This document shows positions 17,689 through 29,178 of a stretch of DNA of 64,000 bases, piece by piece. Below the pieces are notes generated by a model, which was not told the origin of the DNA, made no database searches, and saw only the letters and a program-made list of their open reading frames with translations. Each line of letters begins with the position of its first letter. Positions within the stretch are counted from its first letter, which is position 1. The translations under genes were made by a program, and so were the position numbers. The stretch spans positions 977-64,976 of IMG/VR virus record IMGVR_UViG_2974564184_000001; one strand, 5' to 3'. The stretch is from a virus (taxonomy: Duplodnaviria > Heunggongvirae > Uroviricota > Caudoviricetes).

Positions 17689-18451
17689 GATCCGTCATCA
17701 GACCTTTCGCAATATCACGAACCATTCCACCACGAACGATGTCGTTCTCTGGGTCATCGAAGGACACCACACCCACACCTGCCAGGTTGTGACGCTCCGT
17801 GAACTCAATCAGCCATTCCAGACCGGATTTTCCGTTGATGTCTTTCTGACTGGCATCGCCCATCACTACCAGAGTACAGTTGTCAGAGATACGAGTGATG
17901 ATACTCAACATCTCTTCCGGGGTGCTCTGCTGCGCCTCGTCGATCAGGAGGTAGCTACGTTCGTCGAATGAACGACCACGGATACTTTCCAGTTCCTGAA
18001 CTTCAATGCGACCATTCAAGCCGTCTTTAAGCGCGTTGTAATAGGCTCCGTCACCCATACGCTTACGGATTGTATCCAGCATGTTTCGAACATACGGGAA
18101 TAGCTTCTCCAACGACGTTCCCGGTTTGAAGCCGGAGGTTTTACCCGTCTGCACGTAAGGACGAGCGACAATGATCTTGTCGAGGTCATTCTTACGGAGC
18201 AAGTCCGCAGCTAAAGCGGAGGCCAGGTAGGTCTTACCTGTACCGAAGATCCCTTTTGCAATGATGATGTTGCAGGTTTGCAACTTATGCAGGTAATCTT
18301 GCTGCTTCTCATTCATTGGGGAGAGCGGCGGTGCGGCTGCTCGTTCCTCGTTGAATTTCGGGTGGTGCTTTGCGGTTGTCGCGCTACGGTCAATACGTTG
18401 TTGTTGACGAGCGTCGAGTTTTCTTGCACGAGCCTCTTTGCTTCTGCCCAT
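17654..18451 (-). CDS. phoH: PhoH-like ATPase
   Basis: Walker A GIFGTGKTYLA and PhoH-like C-terminal region. Confidence 0.85.
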   Translation of the reverse strand: MGRSKEARARKLDARQQQRIDRSATTAKHHPKFNEERAAAPPLSPMNEKQQDYLHKLQTCNIIIAKGIFGTGKTYLASALAADLLRKNDLDKIIVARPYVQTGKTSGFKPGTSLEKLFPYVRNMLDTIRKRMGDGAYYNALKDGLNGRIEVQELESIRGRSFDERSYLLIDEAQQSTPEEMLSIITRISDNCTLVVMGDASQKDINGKSGLEWLIEFTERHNLAGVGVVSFDDPENDIVRGGMVRDIAKGLMTDRDAGRYTPMAT

Positions 18452-18462
18452 AATGGGTCTCC

Positions 18463-19017
18463 TTATGAGGTTAGAACACTTTTTGCCTTCTTGTAGTAGG
18501 CGGTACGCTCTGCCAAGTGGTTTGTTCCACCGTTGACCAGCTTGGTAATCCGTGTAATGTCATCAGCATCGCAAGCGACGTTGATCTTACGCAGATCCCA
18601 GTACCAACCAGCAGAGTCCACAGCGTACTTCGGTTGTTCCAGCAGTTCCGGGTGGTTCACCAGGTCAAGCCCGAGAGCTTTACCACAAGCCTTGTAGTTA
18701 GCAAGACCAGTCACCTGGATTAGGCCACGCCCTTTGTACTTGGCTCCATCCCCATCTTTCGCGGGAGTGTTACCAAGACGTTGAGCTAAAGCCCCCGTAT
18801 CGTATTTGTCAAAGTAGGCATCATTGCCCAGCTCTTTGACGTATCGGAATTCTGCTGACTCCACCCCGATTTGGGAAAGGAAGCCTGCGACCCGATTGAC
18901 GGTATTAATACCGCCTTTGTCGAACAGACCATTCAGAGCATCAATGAACTTGGCATTTCTTCCAGAGGATGCTCCCACAGGAAAGATCTTGTTCAACTGT
19001 TCAAGCGTGAGTTTCAA
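18463..19017 (-). CDS. endolysin, glycoside hydrolase family 19 (chitinase-like)
   Basis: YKGRGLIQVTGLANY GH19 motif; 184 aa. Confidence 0.7.
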   Translation of the reverse strand: MKLTLEQLNKIFPVGASSGRNAKFIDALNGLFDKGGINTVNRVAGFLSQIGVESAEFRYVKELGNDAYFDKYDTGALAQRLGNTPAKDGDGAKYKGRGLIQVTGLANYKACGKALGLDLVNHPELLEQPKYAVDSAGWYWDLRKINVACDADDITRITKLVNGGTNHLAERTAYYKKAKSVLTS

Positions 19018-19032
19018 GGTTAACCTCCACGG

Positions 19033-19443
19033 TTAAACCTCTCCGAGCGCCTCTTTCAACACCGACTCAGCACGAGCGGTCAATCCGGTGAATTTGACAG
19101 TGAATCGCTCTTGGAGGACTGCCATTTGCAGTTCTTCCTCTGAGAAACCCGCCACCAACTCAGCGACGTAAAACTTGCGAATGGCCTCTGCTGGTTCCCC
19201 AGACAGGATCTTCGCCATCTTTGCTTCCTGTTTCACCAGGAGTTCTTCAACTGGTTTGGCATCTGCCTTTTTGATGGACAGAAACTGAACAGCCCGAAGA
19301 TTTTCGAGCGAGCTTTCAAGAGTCTCTGTGTAAGACTCCATCACACGAGGGAGGACAAGGCTCATGAACTCATTGGCAAGCTCAGTCTTTGACACCTCGA
19401 TCTGCTCTGCGGTACGTTTAGCCATTGGTCGGCTCCCAACCAT
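19033..19443 (-). CDS. hypothetical protein
   Basis: 136-aa ORF. Confidence 0.4.
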   Translation of the reverse strand: MVGSRPMAKRTAEQIEVSKTELANEFMSLVLPRVMESYTETLESSLENLRAVQFLSIKKADAKPVEELLVKQEAKMAKILSGEPAEAIRKFYVAELVAGFSEEELQMAVLQERFTVKFTGLTARAESVLKEALGEV

Positions 19444-19567
19444 CGCGCTCCCCAGCAGCTACGAAGGAGTTGTCATTCTCACGACGGTCTTTACGACCTC
19501 GCTTGGTAGTACGGAGCGCCATTGCCAGTTCTTTCTGGTAGGCTTTACGCAGTGTTCTTTTGCTCAT
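19418..19567 (-). CDS. small basic protein
   Basis: AAAGGAGAACCAA-ATG RBS supports internal start MSKRTLRK. Confidence 0.4.
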   Translation of the reverse strand: MSKRTLRKAYQKELAMALRTTKRGRKDRRENDNSFVAAGERDGWEPTNG

Positions 19568-19589
19568 TTGGTTCTCCTTTATCGGGTTG

Positions 19590-19820
19590 TTAGGACAGGG
19601 ACGCTTGAAGCTCGGTGAAGCCACCGACCAACGAACCATATCCATCGAAGATTTGAGGAACTGTACGCGGGATTGCCGGAGCACACTTCTCAATCAACTC
19701 CTCACGGGTGTAGTCAACACCCAGTGTGAGGTAAGTAAAAGGTAACGCCTTTGACATCAGCAGCCCCTTGGCTGCTGTGCAGAAAGGACAATTATCTTTG
19801 CCGTAAACCGTGTAGCTCAT
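19590..19820 (-). CDS. nrdH: glutaredoxin-like protein NrdH
   Basis: CPFC redox motif, 76 aa, adjacent to nrdF. Confidence 0.8.
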   Translation of the reverse strand: MSYTVYGKDNCPFCTAAKGLLMSKALPFTYLTLGVDYTREELIEKCAPAIPRTVPQIFDGYGSLVGGFTELQASLS

Positions 19821-19829
19821 CGCTTCTCC

Positions 19830-20813
<984 letters not shown>

Positions 20814-20853
20814 TTATTCGGGATAAAGCACGGGTTTCCCCGTGCTAATAGTT

Positions 20854-23031
20854 TTACAGTTCGCAGGCCACACAGTTGGCGATATCTTGCGATACGGACT
20901 GGGTTGCTTCCACTTGCGTTCCTTCGAGCGCTGCTTGTTGCAGGCGGACGTAGTAAAGGGTTTTGATTCCCTTCTTGAATGCGTAAATCTGAGCTTTGTT
21001 CAGTTCACGGGTATCAACGTCGGCGTACATGAAGAGCGTCAGCGACAGACCTTGGTCAACATGCGGGGTTGCCGCTGCGTACAGATCAATAATCGCTTCA
21101 TAACCAATCTCGTAAGCACTCTTGAAATACTCACGGTTTTCGTTGGTCATGCCCGGTGCCGGGAAGTAGATTCGGCCTGTCTTACCTTCCTTTCTGATCT
21201 CGACCCCACGAGCAACCGGATGGATGCTGGATGTAGCGTTGTTGATGTAGGAGATAGAGCCAGTCGGAGGGATTGCCTGGAGGTTCTGATTGTAGATACC
21301 GAACTCCATTACGTCCTTCTTCAAGATTTCCCAATCACCAGGGGTCGGGATCGCGATACCCGCCTCTTCGAACAACTTACGAACCTTGTCAGTTTTTGGC
21401 TCCCACACACCATCGACGTATTTGTCAAAATACTCGCCGGAAGCGTACTTGGAATCCTCAAAGCCTTCGAACGTTGCTTTGCGCTCTTTTGCGATCAGGT
21501 TGGAAGCCCTCAACGCATGGAACGCCACAGTGTAGAAGTACATACTGGTAAAGTCCAGCGATTCCTCTGACCCGTAATGGATACGTTGGGTCGCTAAATA
21601 GCCGTGCATGTTCATCTGACCCAGACCGATGGCATGGGACTTGCTGTTACCGTACTGAACAGTCGGAACCGAAGCGATGTCACTCATATCGGATACCGCA
21701 GTCAAGGCACGGATAGCTCGTTCAACCGTTAAGCCCAGATTCGGGGACTTCATCGCATTGGCGATGTTCAGAGAACCCAAGTTACAGGAGATGTCTTTAC
21801 CCATTTCCTTATAGCTGGAATCTTCGTTCAGCTTCGCCGGGGTATTCACCTGGAGAATCTCCGAACACAGATTACTCATATTGATCCGACCTTTGATCGG
21901 GTTGGCACGGTTAACTGTATCCTCGTACATGATGTACGGATAACCAGATTCGAACTGAATCTCTGCAATGCGACGAAACACTTCACGGGGATCGACGTAT
22001 GTCTTACGAATACGGCTATCTGCAAGCAATGTTTCGTACATCTCGGTAACACTGATGTCTCCGAATGCCGTCTTGTAGTGGCGTTCCACATCATACGGAG
22101 AAAAGAGTGCCATCTCACGACCTTCTTTCGCCAGCTTGAAGGTGATATCCGGGATCACAACACCTAATGAGAGGGTTTTGATACGGATCTTCTCGTCGGC
22201 GTTCTCACGCTTTGTATCGAGGAATGTCAGGATGTCAGGGTGGTGTACGTTTAAGTAAACCGCACCTGCACCTTGACGTGCTCCCAGTTGATTGGCGTAG
22301 GAGAAGGCATCCTCCAGCATCTTCATCACAGGGACAATACCGGAGGATTGGTTCTCAATCATCTTAATAGGTGCGCCTGTCTCACGAAGGTTTGTCAACA
22401 TCAGGGCAACACCACCACCACGCTTAGAGAGCTGGAGCGACGAAAGCACAGATTTGGCAATAGACTCCATATTGTCTTCAATACGAAGCAGGAAGCACGA
22501 AACCAGTTCGCCGCGTTGCTTCTTACCGCAGTTCAGGAAGGTCGGAGTCGCAGGCTGGAAACGCCCAGTCATCATTTCTTCCAGGTAACCCTCGGCGATG
22601 TCTTCTTTACCACCAGCCAAGGTTAGGGCAACCATGCACACACGGTCTTCAAAGCGTTCCAAGTAACGATCACCTTTGAAATTCTTCAAAGCGTAGCCCT
22701 GATAGAACTTCAACGCACCGAGGAATGTCTCGAAGCGGAACTCATACTTGTACGCCTTTTTGAACAGACGTTTGATGAACGCAAAGCTGTATTGGTGGAT
22801 CACAACCTTGTCGTAGTATTCGTTCTTGGTGAGGTAGTGCAGTTTCTCTTCCAAGTCATGAAAGAACACCGTGTTCTCATTCACATTCTCTTCGAAGTAT
22901 TTCTTCACTGCCAACTTGTCCATATCGAACGGGATCTTACCGTCCTGACCAACCAGATTTAGCATCGCGTTCAGTGCGTGATAATCTAAACCTTCGATTT
23001 GGTTGAGATCAGAACTGTTGATTGTTTCCAA
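20854..23031 (-). CDS. nrdE: ribonucleotide reductase class Ib large subunit
   Basis: [13 protein letters not shown]-terminus, no ATP-cone, [35 protein letters not shown] near-identical to enterobacterial NrdE. Confidence 0.9.
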   Translation of the reverse strand: METINSSDLNQIEGLDYHALNAMLNLVGQDGKIPFDMDKLAVKKYFEENVNENTVFFHDLEEKLHYLTKNEYYDKVVIHQYSFAFIKRLFKKAYKYEFRFETFLGALKFYQGYALKNFKGDRYLERFEDRVCMVALTLAGGKEDIAEGYLEEMMTGRFQPATPTFLNCGKKQRGELVSCFLLRIEDNMESIAKSVLSSLQLSKRGGGVALMLTNLRETGAPIKMIENQSSGIVPVMKMLEDAFSYANQLGARQGAGAVYLNVHHPDILTFLDTKRENADEKIRIKTLSLGVVIPDITFKLAKEGREMALFSPYDVERHYKTAFGDISVTEMYETLLADSRIRKTYVDPREVFRRIAEIQFESGYPYIMYEDTVNRANPIKGRINMSNLCSEILQVNTPAKLNEDSSYKEMGKDISCNLGSLNIANAMKSPNLGLTVERAIRALTAVSDMSDIASVPTVQYGNSKSHAIGLGQMNMHGYLATQRIHYGSEESLDFTSMYFYTVAFHALRASNLIAKERKATFEGFEDSKYASGEYFDKYVDGVWEPKTDKVRKLFEEAGIAIPTPGDWEILKKDVMEFGIYNQNLQAIPPTGSISYINNATSSIHPVARGVEIRKEGKTGRIYFPAPGMTNENREYFKSAYEIGYEAIIDLYAAATPHVDQGLSLTLFMYADVDTRELNKAQIYAFKKGIKTLYYVRLQQAALEGTQVEATQSVSQDIANCVACEL

Positions 23032-23425
23032 GGCTTTCCACTCCTCTTTTTATGTTATTCACATCGGTTATCGAACCCATCAGCTCAAATTTGTAGAGCA
23101 GTGGGACATTGCACTTCTCAGAGATCATCTTTGCCGAATGACAATACATCGTTCCAAAGTTTGTATTGCCAGACCCGATGACTCCGATCAGTTTCTCTCT
23201 ATTGCCTTTCACGTTCAACAGAGCGTAGACCTCTGGAGGTATCGAGCCTTTAACAGCCCCACCACCATAACTCGGGCAGATTAGGATGAACTTCTCATCC
23301 AGCAGGGGCGATTCAGCCCCTTTCTCTAACCGACAAATATTTCCAAGCCCGAGTTTCTGCACAAAACGGTGTGTGTTCTCAGTTCTGCTTGAGTAGTACA
23401 CAACCAAAATGTTTTTCTCGGTCAC
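23009..23425 (-). CDS. nrdI: flavodoxin-like RNR maturation protein NrdI
   Basis: [21 protein letters not shown]-terminus typical of NrdI. Confidence 0.8.
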   Translation of the reverse strand: MTEKNILVVYYSSRTENTHRFVQKLGLGNICRLEKGAESPLLDEKFILICPSYGGGAVKGSIPPEVYALLNVKGNREKLIGVIGSGNTNFGTMYCHSAKMISEKCNVPLLYKFELMGSITDVNNIKRGVESLGNNQQF

Positions 23426-23640
23426 TCATCCTCCTCGGATGGGAAATCTTCGTCATCGAATTCAAGGTCACCATCTTTTGGTGCATCGGTAATATTGATC
23501 ACCTGTCCTGTGTATGGGTCATGGTAGACATCATCGTGCATCTTACAGTCGTCTGCCAAATCGTTAAAATGGAGCCATCCGGCGTAGTGTTGCTTGTCAT
23601 CGAAGCCGCGATCTTTCCATTTTGTTGTCTGAGTAGCCAT
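23422..23640 (-). CDS. small acidic protein
   Basis: 72 aa, Asp/Glu-rich. Confidence 0.4.
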   Translation of the reverse strand: MATQTTKWKDRGFDDKQHYAGWLHFNDLADDCKMHDDVYHDPYTGQVINITDAPKDGDLEFDDEDFPSEEDE

Positions 23641-24191
23641 TAATCCCCCTCACCAAAGATGCCGTACAGACGACCCTCGTCTTCTGGTGTGAAGTCGATT
23701 CGAACAAACTCATCACGCTCACCTTTCTTGGTGTACTTACGAGTGTTCACTTTCTCAGTCACAGGCAGGTCGTAGGGGAGGTCAGAGACTAACTCTGCAT
23801 CCAAACCGCTGTACATACCCACATCCAAGATGTCGATATTGTTATAGATTTTAGATTGCTTGAACCCGGGGCGCATATTGCCTGCGAAGATCAGCGTTTT
23901 ACGATACATGTACGGTTTGTCCGCACAGCGTACATTCTTGTTTGGGAGCATTGTGAATGGACTCAGGGCAATCAGCCCGGTCGCTTCATCTTTTTGAGCA
24001 TCAAAGCCGACGCGGTACAATGCTACGTGAAGATCTGCATCCTTCGTTACATCCAGATCTGGAAATGTACGGAGTAGGTCGATAGTCACGGAGATGTGTT
24101 GCGTTGCTCTTTTCTTTGGTGCTGGTTTGGTTTGTTCGTTCATGTGTTCTCCGTTTGCCTCGGGGTCAAGACGACCCCGTATTTCATTCAT
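23640..24191 (-). CDS. hypothetical protein
   Basis: 183-aa ORF. Confidence 0.45.
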   Translation of the reverse strand: MNEIRGRLDPEANGEHMNEQTKPAPKKRATQHISVTIDLLRTFPDLDVTKDADLHVALYRVGFDAQKDEATGLIALSPFTMLPNKNVRCADKPYMYRKTLIFAGNMRPGFKQSKIYNNIDILDVGMYSGLDAELVSDLPYDLPVTEKVNTRKYTKKGERDEFVRIDFTPEDEGRLYGIFGEGD

Positions 24192-24218
24192 CCAAGATAC
24201 CGTTGAAGGCTATCTTTG

Positions 24219-25193
24219 TCAACCCCGAACTGTGTGGTTTGGTACTGATTGGCGATGTTGTGACCACCCACGTAAATTGCCAGACCAGAAGTTACCATCA
24301 CGGTCAACGTGAGTAATTCCTTTCTCCCAAGTACCCGGATCGTCGAAGTTATTCACATAGCGACCTTTCCAAGAATCGTCGATAACATCTTGGAACGGAG
24401 TTGCTTGGTGCTCAAACGGAGAGGCATGAACCTTATTGCCACTCAGCAGTTTCTCGTAGATGTCCAGAGCCTTGTCTTTGGTGCTGTTCAGTCGGCGATA
24501 GCTTACTTGGGCACAACACGAGGCAGAGATTGCCAGTGCTTGGGCTTCTGTAAGGTCAATAGCGATACCGTTCTCATCTTCGACGTAATATCCCTCGAAT
24601 TCCTCTGGGTTGTACGGATCGAAGGTGTGATACACATATGGAGTGTGCCACTGACCAGCTTTCAGCAATTCAGGCTTGCTGTCTTGGTAGGCTCGGTGCA
24701 TTTCTGCTGCCAAAGCATAGATCGTTGGATCAGCGTCCTTATCCACACGCAACCAGAAGAAGTTATTCCAGTCGGTAGAGGTGACGATGGTCTTCATGCG
24801 TTGGAACGGCTCCAGCAGACGGTTACCGATTTGTTTGTGGTAATCAGCCTCTGCAAAACCTTCTGCAAACTTAGCTGCGCTGATACCCGCTAAACGCCAC
24901 CATTCTTCTGCGGTGTATCCTGCATTGATTTCTTGGGTATGATTGCCGCCTTTGTCTTGCATACCTGGCTGGTTGGCACCAAAGCGTACAGGCATTGCTG
25001 GGTCGCTCATGACCTGCTTAATCATTGTAGCGATAGGGATCGCACGGCTGCTCATTGCATTACGACTTAACAGTCGGTGTGTCATAAGCTCGCTGTGGAT
25101 GATGCGAGGGTATTCCAGTTCAAAAGTGGTGATTCTGACACCAGATTTGCTGATGCTGTCTGCGATGATGGTTGCAGTCAGTAAATGATTCAT
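24219..25193 (-). CDS. thyX: flavin-dependent thymidylate synthase
   Basis: ThyX RHR-type motif ELMTHRLLSRNAMSSRAIP. Confidence 0.8.
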   Translation of the reverse strand: MNHLLTATIIADSISKSGVRITTFELEYPRIIHSELMTHRLLSRNAMSSRAIPIATMIKQVMSDPAMPVRFGANQPGMQDKGGNHTQEINAGYTAEEWWRLAGISAAKFAEGFAEADYHKQIGNRLLEPFQRMKTIVTSTDWNNFFWLRVDKDADPTIYALAAEMHRAYQDSKPELLKAGQWHTPYVYHTFDPYNPEEFEGYYVEDENGIAIDLTEAQALAISASCCAQVSYRRLNSTKDKALDIYEKLLSGNKVHASPFEHQATPFQDVIDDSWKGRYVNNFDDPGTWEKGITHVDRDGNFWSGNLRGWSQHRQSVPNHTVRG

Positions 25194-25387
25194 TACATTG
25201 CTCTCCTCTTAAAGGTGTACTTCGTACCTGGCTCCATACCTGCACGAAACACTAAATAACGTGTGAGGGTTTCCTCACACATATCACTCGTCGCACGGAA
25301 CGAGTAGAAGAATCCCCCAGATTCGAGGAATACCTCCACCGTATCACCGTATCGAACGATAAAATCACCGTTACAGTATCTACGCAT
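25193..25387 (-). CDS. hypothetical small protein
   Basis: 64-aa ORF. Confidence 0.35.
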   Translation of the reverse strand: MRRYCNGDFIVRYGDTVEVFLESGGFFYSFRATSDMCEETLTRYLVFRAGMEPGTKYTFKRRAM

Positions 25388-25989
25388 CAGGCGTAGTCCA
25401 GAAGGAATTCCTTAATCACAGTCCAGTCCCCGGTAACCAAGTCAGGTTTACCGATCAACTCTTCGTCCTGAGAATAAGGCGTGTCAAATTTGATTTTGAG
25501 CACATGATCCCCAAACTGGTTAAGGAAGCTGTTACGGTCGTCGATGATCACATCAACTGCCAACAACCCTTTGTTCTTCGTCGCATAGAAACCGTGACCA
25601 TTGTGTGGCTCCAGATCCATGAAGTGCGAAGTATAACGTTCAATGTGGCGAACCTTAGAAGAGAAGTGGCCTTTCTTACACATCGAGATGAAGTGTGCGA
25701 AGTGACCAGCCTTTACCAAGGCTTCCAAGGCAGCAACTGCACCTTCACGCGGCTCAAGTGTATCATACAAATGAGTCTCTTCCCAGAACGCCATACCTGG
25801 AAGCTGGTGAGGCTTCGGAGGTGGGAAATATTTCGTCAGGTTGTAGTGCAGCGCCCCGTTAGGGAGTTTGGGAGGTAAGTCCCAGTCCACACGCGAACCA
25901 GAAGTCCTTTCCAACCAACTCAGCCAAGCTGACCCAGAGTCAACCCAAGTAAGGTCAACGTCAATCCCGATATTTAGTTTCCGGCTCAT
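25387..25989 (-). CDS. 5'(3')-deoxyribonucleotidase (HAD/NT5C-like)
   Basis: GIDVDLT (DxDxT HAD motif I). Confidence 0.6.
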   Translation of the reverse strand: MSRKLNIGIDVDLTWVDSGSAWLSWLERTSGSRVDWDLPPKLPNGALHYNLTKYFPPPKPHQLPGMAFWEETHLYDTLEPREGAVAALEALVKAGHFAHFISMCKKGHFSSKVRHIERYTSHFMDLEPHNGHGFYATKNKGLLAVDVIIDDRNSFLNQFGDHVLKIKFDTPYSQDEELIGKPDLVTGDWTVIKEFLLDYA

Positions 25990-26630
25990 TCGTCTTCCTC
26001 TTGGTTGTGAATCTTAGTCGCCCAATCCCAGATCTCATCTGCACAAGAACCTAAGCAGCCTTCTTTGTTCAAGAAGTCTTTCTCATACCCAGGTACGTTG
26101 TTCTCTTTCAGGTGCAGATAGCTTCGACTGTCCTTACCCCAACCATACCCGCGTCTCTCGATACGTGCAAGCAATAATTCACCGCCATTCTCCTGAGCGT
26201 GGAGGGCCAGAGGGAATAACTCCTCAATGAAACCGCCATCTGAGAACACGACCGCAGTCCCCGGGCGAAGCTCACGCTTAATCAGGTCTTGAACTGCTGC
26301 CTTGCCGAAAGCGTTTTTACCAAACAGGGGTTTGATAAGATGCTCAGAGCAATGGATCATCCAGTCACGCGGAGAAACGCTAACACCATTGATCATCAAA
26401 TAGGGTGTAGGAACCTCTTTGTAATCACGGGTGTATAAGGCATCCCATAACGTTCGGGTCACACCCGCTGCACGGACAGCTACTTGGAACAAGAGTTCCT
26501 TCACTTCCAAGTGAATAGCGCCGTACTCAGTAGATAGATACTCTGCAATTTCATCCTTTCCGCTCATTGGTGGAGCGTTTAGGATAATGATCTGAATGTC
26601 TTTACTCATAACCGCCTCCGTGATACCCAA
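25986..26630 (-). CDS. deoxynucleoside monophosphate kinase
   Basis: P-loop LNAPPMSGKDEIA similar to T4 gp1 / T5 dNMP kinase. Confidence 0.6.
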   Translation of the reverse strand: MGITEAVMSKDIQIIILNAPPMSGKDEIAEYLSTEYGAIHLEVKELLFQVAVRAAGVTRTLWDALYTRDYKEVPTPYLMINGVSVSPRDWMIHCSEHLIKPLFGKNAFGKAAVQDLIKRELRPGTAVVFSDGGFIEELFPLALHAQENGGELLLARIERRGYGWGKDSRSYLHLKENNVPGYEKDFLNKEGCLGSCADEIWDWATKIHNQEEDE

Positions 26631-26811
26631 CCAGGCCGCGAATCAGTGTGAGACACTCTTCGTGGACTTTGTATCCACTTTCATCCACGGAATCTTCCAG
26701 CGTGATCAGTCGCGCTTTAAGTTCCTGGATGACAGACATCTCCCATTCCGGGTCATTACTCTCAGGGAGAAGCAATTCACCATCAGGGCCGTCCAATTTA
26801 AGCAACGTCAT
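26602..26811 (-). CDS. hypothetical small acidic protein
   Basis: 69-aa ORF. Confidence 0.35.
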   Translation of the reverse strand: MTLLKLDGPDGELLLPESNDPEWEMSVIQELKARLITLEDSVDESGYKVHEECLTLIRGLVGYHGGGYE

Positions 26812-26841
26812 TAAGCCTCCAAAAAAGAAGGGCCGAAGCCC

Positions 26842-27810
26842 TTAAATGATATTGACCAGGGTAGCAGCCATCTCTTCACGAGTACGGATGTTACGGCGGT
26901 CACGCATTGCAGAACCACAGCACTTACAACGGTAAGCCTGGAATTTGGAGAGGTAAGTTGTACCTACCTTGCCTTCCATTGCAACGATTTCGTCAGACCC
27001 GCAACGCACACAGCGAATGGTGTCATCTTCGTCATCTCGGAACAGGTTCACGTTCGGGTGCTTTTTCATGAAAGGTCGTACTTTCAGGTAAAGCCCTTCG
27101 AGCGTCGGAATGTCACCGATGTTGTAGTATTCCATCTCTTCAAAGGCAGTCACATCGCCCTTGCAACATCTGATCCACAGAGTGATGCCTTCGTGGTGGC
27201 GCTTACGCTCCAACTGGAAGTAGTTCGTCGCGGCTTCCAGTGCGTTGGAAGGTAATGAGAAGGCTGTTTTGATCTCTGATAGCGTATCGATCACGATATA
27301 CGGAGAAGGAGGCAGCATTCCGTGGAATGCAAAGCGTTGGTTTGCCCAACCTTTATCGAAACGAGCATTATGAGCGATGAAGATATCGCACTCGTCAAGA
27401 ACTTGCCACAGCTCTTGTACCATCTCCTTGTCATCCTTCACATCCGTCTGGAAGGTCGGATAGTCAGGCAGCTTACGACTGATAATCGCAGGGTTGTGGA
27501 GCCATTTACCCGCCCAAGTCAGCATGTAAGGCTCTTCCTCTACGTGCGACGGCGTGATAAACGCCTTAAAGCGGTTAAAAGCCCAAGCAAGAGTTGGAGA
27601 CACTTCCACATCACCCAGAAAAATCTTAGCCCCGGGGTGTGCTTGAACAATCTGGTCAACAGCCTCTTCAACAGCGCTGCTTTGAGCACGTTTAAGAGCC
27701 AGCCGAATCGTGGATTCTTTGCTGTCGCCACCAAGAAATTTACGGGCAATCTCACGGTTGCTCATCCCTTTAGATTTCAGTTCGATAATCTGTTCTGCTG
27801 TTAAGCTCAT
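26842..27810 (-). CDS. DEDDh 3'-5' exonuclease with N-terminal HTH and C-terminal Cys ribbon
   Basis: MSNREIARKF HTH; DIFIAHNARFDKGW (Exo III motif H-x4-D); C-terminal CVRCGS...CKCCG. Confidence 0.6.
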   Translation of the reverse strand: MSLTAEQIIELKSKGMSNREIARKFLGGDSKESTIRLALKRAQSSAVEEAVDQIVQAHPGAKIFLGDVEVSPTLAWAFNRFKAFITPSHVEEEPYMLTWAGKWLHNPAIISRKLPDYPTFQTDVKDDKEMVQELWQVLDECDIFIAHNARFDKGWANQRFAFHGMLPPSPYIVIDTLSEIKTAFSLPSNALEAATNYFQLERKRHHEGITLWIRCCKGDVTAFEEMEYYNIGDIPTLEGLYLKVRPFMKKHPNVNLFRDDEDDTIRCVRCGSDEIVAMEGKVGTTYLSKFQAYRCKCCGSAMRDRRNIRTREEMAATLVNII

Positions 27811-27818
27811 CTGACCTC

Positions 27819-28019
27819 TCAGAAAATTTCCACAATATCAGCGGCTGCGAATGTGCGGAAGTCCTGCTTCTCAACATCAAACGCTTCAATTAGCCATTGT
27901 GGTTGTTTGTGATATTCGGTTGAACCGAATCGCCATTTTGGGTCTTGCACGGTACGGTGACCGTATTCGCCTCGATAGTTCTTGTAGTAGAACTTCAAGA
28001 CAGGTAGTTCATTTGCCAC
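27819..28019 (-). CDS. hypothetical small protein
   Basis: 66-aa ORF. Confidence 0.35.
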   Translation of the reverse strand: MANELPVLKFYYKNYRGEYGHRTVQDPKWRFGSTEYHKQPQWLIEAFDVEKQDFRTFAAADIVEIF

Positions 28020-28498
28020 GGGTCTTCCTCCGCTCTCTTGATGAATTCCGTCATGTAGGCTCTCACGGTCTCTGTCTTATCCAACGTCTCATCAATGACC
28101 ACACCAAAATCCTCTAAGGATTTGCGTCTGATCGTTTCCGAAGTCCACTTTTTGACAGTTGTCTTCATGGTGTCCATGTGTTTACCGTGCAGATGCTTTT
28201 CGCTGGTGTCGTTTTCCAGGTAATCAGCAAGGTTTCTCAGGGCTGTGGAGAGTGATGTCTCGGTGTAACCCGACACGTACTTCATCCAAGCCTTCAATAC
28301 CTGTCCTTCGAACGTATTCACGCATTGACTAACCACCCCACGCACTCTTCCATCGAAATGGTCATGATCCAAGCAAGCAACACCGTGTATCGGCTCACCT
28401 AAAATTGGGTCAAGGCCATTCTGTTCAGCAAGAAGAAGCGTTCTGAGTGCCGCAATCTGTTTATCCGTTTTCACCCAAAGAGATTTGGTGTACGGCAC
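27995..28498 (-). CDS. endonuclease VII-like junction-resolving enzyme
   Basis: ACLDHDHFDGRVRGVVSQCVN matches T4 gp49 EndoVII core. Confidence 0.65.
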   Translation of the reverse strand: MPYTKSLWVKTDKQIAALRTLLLAEQNGLDPILGEPIHGVACLDHDHFDGRVRGVVSQCVNTFEGQVLKAWMKYVSGYTETSLSTALRNLADYLENDTSEKHLHGKHMDTMKTTVKKWTSETIRRKSLEDFGVVIDETLDKTETVRAYMTEFIKRAEEDPWQMNYLS

Positions 28499-28575
28499 AA
28501 GGATTCGTGCCGCAACCTTTTCCTTCGAGACGAAGAGATTCTTTCGAGGTGCTCTCCGTTTTCTCCGTCCAGCGA

Positions 28576-29178
28576 TTATACCCCCTGTCGAGTCTGGAAA
28601 GCCCTTCCGATCAGGTAAGCATCCGCATAGTCTGCCTTACCCGCCGCGAGGGTCAAACCGCTTAGGAAGCCTGGCTCTGCAACCTCAGTTGCTCTCACCA
28701 TTTCCGGCTTCTTCATCACGGTCTTAGCCAGCGAGTATACACTCTTGCCAGACTTTTTGTCAACCTTTTCTTTCTGAAAGGTTTGCTCTTCCTCAGGTAA
28801 CAAAGTACGGGCGAAAGACTTCACAGATGTTGGAGCCACAACGTGAAGATCCTCAACATTCAAGTGATGCTCGATGAGCGCCATCTGAATGCAGTAGAAC
28901 AATCCTGCAAGGTCGCGAGTTGCACTTCCGAGAGAACCCAGGCTAAGGGATTCCATTACGTAGGTGTCGATCTCATGAGTTTTGACATATTCGCAGATTC
29001 TTCCCACGATATATTCAATTTGCTGAATAACGTGGTCGAAATAGACCACATCAGCTTGCCGTTTACCTTTGCTGGAAGTAGACCCCGTGCGGATCATGTA
29101 TTTGGTGGATGGTTTATTCCCATCCCAGATCACTACCGCACAATGGCTCAGGCTTTGGTCAACCGACATCAGGCGCAT
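28576..29178 (-). CDS. RuvC-like Holliday junction resolvase
   Basis: LMSVDQSLSHCAVVI (Asp1), YVMESLSLG (Glu), ADYADAYLIGRA (Asp-x-x-Asp). Confidence 0.5.
   Translation of the reverse strand: MRLMSVDQSLSHCAVVIWDGNKPSTKYMIRTGSTSSKGKRQADVVYFDHVIQQIEYIVGRICEYVKTHEIDTYVMESLSLGSLGSATRDLAGLFYCIQMALIEHHLNVEDLHVVAPTSVKSFARTLLPEEEQTFQKEKVDKKSGKSVYSLAKTVMKKPEMVRATEVAEPGFLSGLTLAAGKADYADAYLIGRAFQTRQGV

Noticed and set aside
20842-21570. 242-aa plus-strand ORF (and 22273..22626)
   Set aside because: Antisense to nrdE, whose reading frame is unambiguous.
20854-23031. Class Ia NrdA assignment
   Set aside because: No ATP-cone at N-terminus, NrdI and NrdH in the same cluster, near-identity to NrdE segments, hence class Ib.
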